In this document: one piece after another, positions 1 through 10,400 of the stretch
Layout: the number at the start of each line of letters is the position of its first letter
Numbering within the stretch: position 1 is the first letter of the stretch
DNA from: Candidatus Danuiimicrobium aquiferis
Lineage (GTDB): Bacteria; Omnitrophota; Omnitrophia; Omnitrophales; Danuiimicrobiaceae
Assembly (NCBI GenBank): GCA_001804285.1
Contig: MHFR01000053.1
Span: 15,857 to 79,856, forward strand
Direction of reading: 5' to 3'
Length of the DNA stretch: 64,000 nt
Notes under the pieces: model-generated
What the model saw: the letters and a program-made list of their open reading frames with translations, nothing else
What the model was told of the DNA's origin: nothing
Databases searched by the model: none
Program-made: the position numbers and the translations under genes

Positions 1-1
1 T

Positions 2-40
2 TGAAATTCCGCATTTTGATAAAAAAACCTGAAGTCTCAT
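2..40 (-). CDS. 5' end (partial, runs off window) of a probable RsuA/RluB-family pseudouridine synthase (S4 domain)
   Basis: ATG at 38-40 with GGAGGA RBS at 45-50 (minus strand). Translates MRLQVFLSKCGIS, matching the usual MRL.KFL...G..SRR start of S4-domain pseudouridine synthases. Only 13 codons visible. Confidence 0.6.
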   Translation of the reverse strand, partial: MRLQVFLSKCGIS

Positions 41-58
41 GTGTTCCTCCTGATTTAT

Positions 59-108
59 AAAAAGGGGACAGGTCCTGCGTCACTTGAGTCAGGACCTGTT
101 CCTTTTTT
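59..108. terminator. AAAAGGGGACAGG...CCTGTTCCTTTT hairpin just downstream of the agmatine deiminase stop; probable terminator
   Basis: Inverted repeat flanked by A- and T-tracts, ~15 nt past the stop at 124. Near-identical inverted copy at 1424-1476. Confidence 0.6.
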
Positions 109-123
109 CTTTGAGAACCGGTC

Positions 124-1260
124 TCAAGTACCCGGTTCTGCTGCTTGCTGCTGGGTCACGCAGTGAATCGCACCGCCGCCGACGAGCAGCGCGCCCGACG
201 GGACACCCACTACGCGCCGCTTCGGGAAACATTCCCGCAAAATACCGAGCGCTCTCGAATCATTCGAGTCCCCGTAAACAGGAACCAGAACGACTTCGTT
301 TCCGATATAAAAATTGGCATACGACCCCGGGAGTCTTTTTTCACCAGCCATGATTTTTCGAGGCATCGGCAAGCGAATGAAATTGAGCATCCCCATATTT
401 CCGGCGCGGTTTTCTTCGAGAATCCTCCAATTCCGCCGGATCATGTCACAATTCACGTCTGTCCGGTCATCTTCGTCAATCATCACCAGGGTATTTTCAT
501 TCACAAACCTTGCTACATTGTCGATATGCCCGTCCGTATCGTCGCCGAACAACCCGCCGAGTAGCCAAATGAATTGCTCAATCCCCAAATGTTCTTTTAA
601 AATCCGCTCGAGTTCTTCGCGCTCCGTTCCGTAATTCCGGTTCATATTTAAAAGACATTGTTCCGTCGTGATGAGCAACCCTTTTCCGTTCACGTCAATC
701 GAGCCGCCTTCCAGAACAATTCTCGGCCGAAAACGCGGCATATAAAGATCGTCCGAAAGAATCTCGGGAATTTCATTATCGGCAAGCTGGCGATCATATT
801 TAAAACCCCACGCATTAAAAATCCAATCGCAATAAGCGGATTTGCCTTCGCCGTTCAGTAAAAAGGTCGGGCCATAATCCCGAATCCACGGACCAACGGT
901 TTCAATTTGGTGGAAGAAAATATTGCTGACAATATCATGCCTCTTCAATTTTTCCACCACTTCATCTTCTTCAGATTGATCATCCACCAAAAGGTGAACT
1001 TCTTCCGCCTGGTGAAGCTCCTGAATCATCTTGAGATAGATTTCTTCCACTTGAATGAGTAATTCATCCTGCCAGGTTTCGTGGTCATGCGGCCAGGCAA
1101 GCCACGTCGAAATGTGGGATTCCCACTCAGCCGGCATCCGGTAACCGAGCCTTTTAGGAGTTGACGTATTTTCGTATTCAGGTAATGACATAAAATTGAT
1201 GGTTTCTATTTTTTCAACATTCGTGCTTAAATGTCCAATGTCCAAATCCTCAATGACCAA
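124..1260 (-). CDS. aguA: Agmatine deiminase / peptidyl-arginine deiminase family protein
   Basis: Motifs MPAEW, WIRDYGP, FNAWG, LEGG, DDTDGHIDN, SYANF, GGGAIHCVTQQ (catalytic Cys). The start may instead be the ATG at 1191, because 1222-1260 overlaps a repeat element. Confidence 0.93.
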   Translation of the reverse strand: MVIEDLDIGHLSTNVEKIETINFMSLPEYENTSTPKRLGYRMPAEWESHISTWLAWPHDHETWQDELLIQVEEIYLKMIQELHQAEEVHLLVDDQSEEDEVVEKLKRHDIVSNIFFHQIETVGPWIRDYGPTFLLNGEGKSAYCDWIFNAWGFKYDRQLADNEIPEILSDDLYMPRFRPRIVLEGGSIDVNGKGLLITTEQCLLNMNRNYGTEREELERILKEHLGIEQFIWLLGGLFGDDTDGHIDNVARFVNENTLVMIDEDDRTDVNCDMIRRNWRILEENRAGNMGMLNFIRLPMPRKIMAGEKRLPGSYANFYIGNEVVLVPVYGDSNDSRALGILRECFPKRRVVGVPSGALLVGGGAIHCVTQQQAAEPGT

Positions 1261-1346
1261 GGAAGCTCCAATGTTTCAATCCCCAATTTTGACTTTAATT
1301 TTTTGGGATTTCCCTGCGTCATTGCGTGCTTGGACATTAGGATTTT
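1222..1346. repeat. Degenerate short-unit (AATGTCC/AATGACC-like) inverted repeat element
   Basis: aaatgtccaatgtccaaatcctcaatgaccaa ... gtcattgcgtgcttggacattaggatttt; the two arms are partly complementary. Confidence 0.55.
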
Positions 1347-1391
1347 CATACAAGTGAACTATTTCAGTTCCAGTCAGTCAATTTAGCCCAT

Positions 1392-1420
1392 AAGGTAACC
1401 TTAGGCGGGAATACTTGCAA
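1392..1420 (-). promoter_or_regulatory. Putative sigma70 promoter for aguA (TTGCAA-N17-TACCTT)
   Basis: -35 at 1415-1420, -10 at 1392-1397, 17 nt spacing; resembles the giant-gene promoters. Confidence 0.45.
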
Positions 1421-1423
1421 GCG

Positions 1424-1476
1424 AAAAAGGGAACAGGTCCAGACTCAAGTGACGCAGGACCTGTCCCCTTTTTTTT
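1424..1476. terminator. Hairpin downstream of the 13,117 aa gene; inverted copy of 59-108
   Basis: aaaaagggaacaggtcc-agactcaagtgacgca-ggacctgtcccctttttttt, ~19 nt after the TAA at 1495-1497. Confidence 0.6.
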
Positions 1477-1494
1477 GCTTCAAACCGGTTTCAA

Positions 1495-4400
1495 TTATGC
1501 GGCAGAACCGGTCAGCTGCTCAGAGCGGATACCTTGAGCGAGAACGTGAATCACAAGATCCAATGCGCTCAGCGCGTCCCGGCTTTCCACCTGAATACGG
1601 TCGTCATGCCGCCTGAGCCATTCAACGGTCTTCTTGGAAAGCGCAACGAGTGCCGCCGTGAAAAGCTGTGCGGCGGTCCCCGTCTCTTTCTCGCCGCGAT
1701 AGCTGAACGGGACTCCGTTCGCATCCTGCCCCGCGTCAAACATGAGGCCCTTGATGCCGGTTACCGCAGTCGCAATGGTAATCGCAGGGTCATTTCCGAA
1801 AAATGTTTCCGAGTTGGGAAGCATTTTATTCGTGAAAATAACCTGCATCTGTTTTCCGGTCACCGAAATAATTCTTCGCACCGGATCATCCTGATTCACC
1901 GGAATGTTATCCATCACCGGCTTCAGCGATGACGGCATTGAAATACGCGGAATAATATGAAGGTTTGAATTTGCCGCCTGGCTCGCGAAGTCATGCAATT
2001 TCCGGACCACCGATTCGGCCCTTGCAGCGGCAACTTTTCCCCCTCGCCGCGACTGCGAGGACAGGTCGCGCGCTTCGGATGACATCATGGCTAAATCTTC
2101 TTCGCTGATTTTGTAATCAACCATTGTCACTTCTTTGATTGACTGAATGGCTTCGGCAAGGTCCGTCGCACGGGCGAGATTTTCTTCGGTAAACGGATCC
2201 GTAGAATCATTCATCCTGTTGATTTCACTCACAACCGCTTGCCGCAATATGGACAACGCTTCTTCGTAAGTCATTCCGGAATTTCTTAAAACTGCCAACG
2301 CTTTTGTAAAACCCGAAATGTCTGTTGCGTCCGGCGTGCGGAGGAAAACCCGGTCGATAATCTCGCTAAATTGAGTTCCGGGTTCCGAGTTTAAAGTTTC
2401 GAGTTTACCGAAAAAGGGGACAGGCAATCGCTCAACTTGAATCATATGCCTGTCCCCTTTTTGTTTGGAACCCGAAACTCGAGACCCGAAACTGTTTTCA
2501 TTGCGCACTTCCGATCTTCCTAAGTCATTATCCGACAACGGCTTAGCGCTCCATCCCAATTTCTGAAGCGCCGCCTCCGATTTTTCATCCTGAACCTTCC
2601 GGTACATCTCAACCAAACGGTCGGCGTTCGCCGGATTAAATTCAAGGAGCATCGCATTCCCTGCAGGACTCACATGAACATCCACCAATTCCCGGAGCCC
2701 GTCGAGCGGTTCATCGAATGTCGGAAGTGACATCACGTCCAGAATCCATTCAAGGCCTTTGACCAGGCTGAGAGGAGAAGGAAAAAGATTCCGGAAATTC
2801 TCGGAAGCTTGTTGAAATTGATCGAGAGGAATGTCATACAGCACAAAATGCGGCTGAAGTGAAAATTCAGGGAAGGCCCCAACCAAAGATTGATTCATGC
2901 TTTCAAGGCTTTGAAGCAATGCCTCCGGTGTCCGCAATTTCTTTCCTAATCCCCGGTAACGTTTCCCCACCAAAAATCCGTCGGGAGGAATCCGGCTGAC
3001 GAGTTTCGGCGCCCGGGCTTCGCGCAAAAGATCTTCCTTCACCAACTCAGCAAGTTTTTGAAGCACCCGGTTTCCGTTCTGATATCCAATGCCATCCTTT
3101 TTGCCGTCCCCGCTCTGAAGCCTATGATATGCGCGGCCGGCCGATTTCTTTTCTAAAATCGCGTGCTCCGCAAAATAATCCCGGACGGACAGCAACATGA
3201 GGTTGTTCATCCTTCCATGGGCTAAATGATGTTTAAACGTATCCATATCCAGCGTCTTCGTTAGGGGATCCGGGTGAGCGCGAAGCATCCCTTCTTCGGC
3301 CTGTTTCGCTAACTTTTTCTGTTCAAGCGCTTCTCTTAACTCAACCACTTTCTGACTGAAAGCCTCGGAGGATAACCGTTTGCCTTCGGGAACGATATTT
3401 CCGATCCATCCTATGGAAGAAAGGACATAATTTTGATTCCGGCCGTTTTGTTTTGCTTTTGAAAGCGCATCGTTCGCGAAGCGCAATCCCCATATATAGA
3501 ATTCATCCAGCCGGTCTTCGCGAAGCTTACCGGCCTCGTCGACCCAATAATTCGAACCGGAAAAGGGGACAGGCATATTACTCAAAAGAGAGCGATTGCC
3601 TGTCTCCTTTTCCATATCCGTCGTCTGCGTGACCAAATAATCAAGCACTTGCTTGGCGGAAACAGCGCCGAGAGAAATGGTGAGGATATTTTCAAACTCA
3701 ACTGCGAGCAACCGCCCGGACGGAAGTTTTAATTCGTTCATGAGTCGCGCAAGTTCGACGCGTTGAAAAAACGTGCTGTCAGGGGAAGATGTCATTCCCA
3801 CGGAAGTGGGAATCCAGCTGGATCCCCGCGTACGCGGGGATGACACTTCTGAGATTGCTTCGACAATATTCTGACCGCCATCTCGCAATGACACGCCGGG
3901 GCCTTGTTTCCTGACCAGCAAATTAAACCCATTTCCATGCCGGACCGCCGCGACGATATATTTCAATCCCATGGTTCGGATCATTTTCTGGAATTCCTGG
4001 ATGTCTTTTTCTTTGTAGCCTTTTAAATCAAGCCGGTAAATCGCATACCGGTTTTCAAATGCCTTTGTGTATAACCCGACCGGTTGAGAAACAAATTCAG
4101 ATCTTCCCATTTTGGGACCGGCAAACTCCAGCACCGCTTCGTCTCCGCCGACATAGCGATGGATCTGCCCTTGCATGACTTGATTCAGGATTTCCCGCGC
4201 TTCACGGTATAACGAGACATTCGCGATGATGACATCCGGCGACGGCTCGTTTCCAAGCGTTCCGAAAAAGCGTTTCCCGAGCGCATCATTCCGGGCACTT
4301 AATAGATCGGAATCGATCATTGAAAAATAAAATTGGTCAAGCGTACCGGCTTTTGCGTGCATTTTGAGTTTCTTAAGATGCTCGACTTCACCCTCCGCCT

Positions 4401-7400
4401 GTGATGTAAGCGGATCCGAGGATTCAGTGCGGACTTCAGCTCTGAATTGAGTTCCTAGTTCCGAGTTTAAAGTTTCGAGTTGATCTGTTTGTCCTAACCC
4501 GAAACTCGGAACTCGAAACTCTGAACTATTTTGCAGACGCACCTCTCCCCGTTTCCTTATTGGTTCTGTCACCCCACCATTGCGCATTCCCGGTGGAATA
4601 AACGCATCAACAACGCCGGCTTCCATGCCAATGTTCTGATAAAACCCGTGGTCCGGCTGAAGTGGAACGCGAAGCGTAACGACATTTTTCGGCGTCGCCG
4701 GCGCGAGATATCCTTCGTCCATTTCCCTGAAAAATAAATATTGCCAACCTGCCCCATTTTTCTGAACAAGCTTAAGAAAATTGGTTTCATTGGGATCAAC
4801 TGCTTGCAGTTCGCCTTGGGGATCCACCATGCCAAGCATTCTTAATGCCTCCCCGGCCAAAGCAAATTCAGGATAACGAAAGGATACCGGCGTCAGCATC
4901 CGATGCAAATCCCTCAGCGCTTCCACGGACCCCGCATACGCTTTCACGAAATTCATCACGCTCGGTTCGGCTGCTTCGCGCTTTTTTCCTCTTCCGTCCG
5001 GCCCTACATCATACTTTTCATCAATCGCTTTTTGAATGGCGCCAACTTCATTAAAGACGACGAGTACTTTTATATTCGCATGCACAAATTCTTCTATCCT
5101 CACCACTGGTTTCGCCAGCAAGCCCTCAATCAGTTTAATGCTTTCGCGCAAACTGGTAGTAAACCCCGAACTTACGCCGACTTTTAATTTACCGGCCCTT
5201 TCCCCCAAAGAAACAAGATTTCCACGGAGCTTGAGCAACTCTCTCTCGGGAGTCACAACCTGCTGCTTGAAATACGCAAAAAGCGCTTTCTCGGAAATCG
5301 CCGGATCGGCGGGCTCAAAGAGTTCGGAATCAACAGGAGCTTCTGCCGCCTTTTCCGTTTCAGAGAGGGAACCAAATCGCCGTTCGTAATTTCGCATCAC
5401 AAGTTCTTCCGCGATTTTCCAGTTGTCACGAAGCTTGAATAAAATGGTCCGCGCACGCGCGCGTTTTGCCCCGTCTTTCTTGAAAAATATGCCGATGAAA
5501 CGCCCCACCTGCGCGAATTCGCTTTCCGAAAGCCCAATGGTTTTGATCTGAAAAAATTCACGCGCTTGATTATACGCTTCACGAATAAAGCGATATTCGT
5601 CCAAACCAAGTACGTTAAACGCCGCATTAAACGAAGCCATCACCAACACTTGCCTCTTATCAGGACGAACCTGTAAACTCTCTTTCCCAATTTCCGCGGA
5701 CCGATAAAACCGGCTATACGATTCATTCAGGTTCTTCCTCAGAGCCGCTTTCCCGCTTTCAGATTTATCCAGGGCTTGATACATCGCAGGAATTTCCTGC
5801 TCTAAGTCTTTCAGAAAACGGTCAAATTGTTCTTCGGAAAAAGACAAGTCCAACGATCTCTGCTGGTTCGGCTGTTTGTATTTGCTGAGCAATTTGAAAA
5901 ATCTATCCTCCATGATAAAGACGCCTTTCGCCAATTCCACTCCGAAAGCCGGGGGAAACAATCCGGAAGGCTGCATGAGCTTCTCTGCGGGCGACCGCGA
6001 AAGAACAACACCGACCCCTCGCTGAATTTCTCCCAACTCGGGAATCTGCATCACTTGAATCAATTCCGGCGCAACAGGATTTTCCGACAAATATTGTTTT
6101 TCGGGCATCAATAAATAGGAATAGCCGGTATGTGCCATCAGCTCCGGACCCGAGAGGGGCTGGGGATACGTTTCAAGATTAACACGCAATCCGGTCTCTC
6201 GAATAGACCGGAAAAAACCGCGCTCCGGAGTGGCAATCAAATTGTCCTGCTTATCTCCGGAAACAATCCCGATCATCAGATGCGGCCCTTTCTCCGGGAC
6301 ATCGACTTTCAATAATACCGGTGCTGTATCAAACACCAACTCTTTCGAGAGTTCGCTGAGCGCGTTGTAAGCACCCACATATCTTTTATTGACCACAAGC
6401 ATTTGCATTCTCGGCATAAAACTTTCCGGTTTATACCGTTTGTTCATCGATTTGCGTGCGCTGGCGCCAAGTTTTCTCAGATTATTTTCCAAACGATTAA
6501 ATTCCGATAAAGCCACATCCCCGGAGCTTTGCGATCGTATACGATCAATCATCTCCGTGCTTTCTTTGTAAGACGCTCTGAGGCCATAACGGTCGTCTAA
6601 TCTTCCGGATTCCGGATAAATTCGCATTTCTTCACAGGCGTTTTTCAATTCTTCTACGGCTTTCGAAACCACTTCCAATTTGTCCTTGCTCACCGTGACG
6701 GACTGCGCAAAAAAGGCATCGATTGCCGTTCTTGCCTCGTCAGCATTTGCCGTGTCAAAAGTACTGCCTGCCGGAATTTTGGTCCGCACGGTGAAAACTC
6801 CGGCCGGAAATGAAAACGTTGGTTTTTCCCGTTTCGCGTCCGCAGCAGACGCCGCTTTAGCCTGTTCGAATGCTTTACGATTTAATACAAAAATATTTTT
6901 CGGCGAAATATCCGGAAGCGGAAGTTCATGCCCCATCACCAAAATTTGCCAACCCGGCGTCGCCTGAAACATTCCATCAAATCCGCTAAACCGGACCTGT
7001 TTCGATGAATCTTCAATATCGGTATAAACAAATGTTTCAAAATTCGCCCGGTAAATTTTCCCGGACGAATCAACAAGACCCATGATAAAGACCGGTTTAT
7101 CGGCTCCCAGGGTGGGGATTTCAAATCCGGGAGCACGGTACTTGATAAAAACGCTGGCGATGTGGTCTTGATACTGCCGGGTCAACGCATTATCTCCCGC
7201 CTGAAACAAATCGATGGCGCGATGATCCATAAACTGTTTGCTTTCAAATAACCACGCTGCTTCGCGGCGTGCTCCGGTCACATATTGATTCATCTGATCA
7301 AGCACTTGAATGATCTTGAAAAACGACGCATGCCCCTTTTGGTCGATCAGCTTCTGTAATGCGGCCGATGCGACCGCGAATTTTTGATCGAGAGAATCTG

Positions 7401-10400
7401 TAGCATTCGGATTATTTTTCCGGTGCCAGGCATTCATTTGCCCCATCGCGGTTTTTATAATTTCCAATGCGTTTTTGGGAACAGAAAAAGGCAATCCATA
7501 ATATGAATCAAATACCCTTTTCGCGACAACAGGAGCTGCGGGCGTTAAATAGTCAGAAGATTTTTCCGCTGCTTTATCTTTGTCCAATTCTAATCGCAAA
7601 TTGACACTTTGTTCAGACGCTTCAAGCCCGACGACAAAACCGATGGCTTGCATCATTTGGGCCGGTTCACTGAGCGAAATTTGCGTCACTTGAGAATCCG
7701 ACATGAAATAATCATTCCAAATGAGTGATAGCGAAGACATTCCGAGCGGCGTAGCTTCCCGATCGAACACTTGATGATCGTAAATAGAGGGACTCGCCCA
7801 TAAAATCGTGTGCATTTTCCCGTCATCAATAATTAAAAAGAGCGGCTCGGACTTTCCCTTCCCCTGCTTCGATCGCCAATAGACTAATTTTGCGACGGCA
7901 TTTTCCGGAACCTCGAGGGCGAGCGGACCGGTCAATTGTTTCGCATTCAACTCAACCACTTTATAAAAAACTTTTTGCTGTCCACGCGTTTTTGAAGAGA
8001 CCGTGTACGTTCTCACCTTTTCGACCTGATCAATTTGGAGCCTTTTGGCCGGTTTCTTCTCTGCCTCTTTCGCTTGAAAGGCTTCAAGAATATCGGCTCC
8101 CCACAAAGGATACCGGGAATCCGCCTCTCTTGATTGCGTGAGCCATATGGCAGAAAAAGCTTGTTGAAGCACCCCTCCGGCATCGTGTCCCGGTTCAAGG
8201 AAAGATTTCGCAACGGAGTCCACCACGTAAGCATACATCCCGGAAAAATTCAATATAGGCGCCGGCGCACCGGTCAAAAGTTCGAGTTTCATTTGGCGCA
8301 AGACTTCGTCGGAAGGCCTCGATAATCCGGCCAAAGCTTCATGCAATTTAGGTAAAATTTCTTCTTTCGTCACAAAAATTTTCTTCGGGGCTTTGGCCAT
8401 CATCTCTTTCACAGAGACATACCTCCCTGCAAGAACGTCTTTATTCAAAGCACCGGCTCCTTCCATATTACGGGCTAAATTAATTTGTTGCGCTATCTCC
8501 TCCGCCGTTTTGTTCTCTAATTGATCGAATAGCTGTCCTTGCTCCGGCGTCAGGCTTTCACGGGGAATCATTAAATTCAATAATGCGGCTGCGTCTTTGG
8601 CCCGGTCCGACAAAAGTACCAGAGGGCCTTTCGAAACACTCGCACCGATGGTTTCAAAAAAGACATTAATGGAATCCCAGAAATCAAATTCAAATGCCGG
8701 CGAAGTGGCAAAATATTCACGGATAATACTTTGATCCGTTTGAAATTTTTCGATCACAATCGATACAAATGCCAGGAGCGCAATGGCATCCGCTTCCCAC
8801 CGTTCGAGCAGCGTCCGTTGATCGGGAGAAATCTGTCCTTCGCGAATTAACTTTTGCAGATTCCGCACCGTTTTTTCCATGGTTAGGAATATTTCAATGT
8901 TTCCTTCAAAGCCTCCGGCCTCATCGTTTCTGTTGAGCACTTCAAAGATCGATATTTCCTGTAAATTGGTCTCGGCGCGCAAAGACGGATCGGCAACAAT
9001 CCGGTCCATGTGAGCCGCATGCATGGCCATCGGCGAACCGGTTTCCTTTAATTCGTCGACGGACTCTGAAATGGCCGTTTCGATCGCACCGATCGCCTGC
9101 GTGGCTTGCGTTTTTAATGTTTCAAAATCATTCGTCTCGCGGCCCGCAACTAATTTTCCGATCATGGCTTTGGATTTTGTATCAAAATTCAGGATATCAT
9201 CTTCTAATGTAGCTATCCGCGCCGGATCTAACGTTAACAAAGGATGAACCCGGGACTGTATGACGCGAAGTTTCGCATCCAAACTTGTTTTCGCTGCGGC
9301 AACACGATCTTGCAATTCGCGAGTCAGTTTGCGATTGAACTTCTGGGAAACCACTTGGGCGCGCTGGCTTTCAAATTCCCGCGCTTTGTCTTCCGACACA
9401 ATCCACTGCTCCGAAATATTTTTGCTCTTGTCGCCGATCGCTTCATTTAATTTCGCGACAAATTGAACCTTGGCGTCCCGGCTTAATAATCCCATAACAC
9501 CCACCGGCAGGTTCTCCATACGGACTCTTCCGCCTTCAATATCAGCTGCCAATTCTTTAATCCACGCAAGATGATCAATCCCTTTGCTGCGTTCTTTTGC
9601 GGCTTGCGCAGCAGTCCGGAAGCGTTCGGGAAACTTCGTAAACGTATTCGCATTTGCCGCCACCAACGTGATTTCAGAAACTTGTCCAAAATACGGAATC
9701 TCGACCGGCTGCTTGAACCGGAGCATGATCCGCTTCAGCCAGTATTGTTCGTTTTCAAGCACGACTTCAATATTTCCGAAATCCGTTTGCCTGCGAAGCG
9801 CCGCGGGGACAGTTTGATTGGTATTCAATCCGGGAATTATTTCCAAGCCCAGATTAAAGGCCTGATTAATTTCATTCCACCACACAAGCTGCTCGGCCGA
9901 CCGGACGGGAATCCGAAGGACCGACCGGGGATTTCCTTGCGAACCGGCTGCGGATCTCAACTGTTCGGGAAGCGTGACCAAAAGTTTGTCAAAAGCTTCG
10001 TCCTTGGACGTGATCGAATCAAGCTCCATTACCCGGATGTTGTCAAAAGAAAACCATTCAAGAAAAATTTTGATGAACCGGTCCGCATCGTGATGGAAAA
10101 AACCCGCCTCTTTGATGAATGATAAAACACCAAAAAGTGTACGACCGATTTCCCCTTCGCTGTGCGAATCAATCCATGAGTCCGTAAACATTTTCCGCAC
10201 CATTTCAATCAATAAATCACGTCCGGCATAGTCACGGGAGATATGTTGATCGAGGAAACGGTTCAGGTCTTCCGTGAAAAGTTTTGCGTTAAATTCCATT
10301 TGCTGGAAAGCGGCGTCCATCCCGCTCTGAGCGGAGCCGGGCAATGCGAGCGCGATGGTCCGTAAACTTCTTGCGATATAAGGAACCAAATCAGGTTGCG

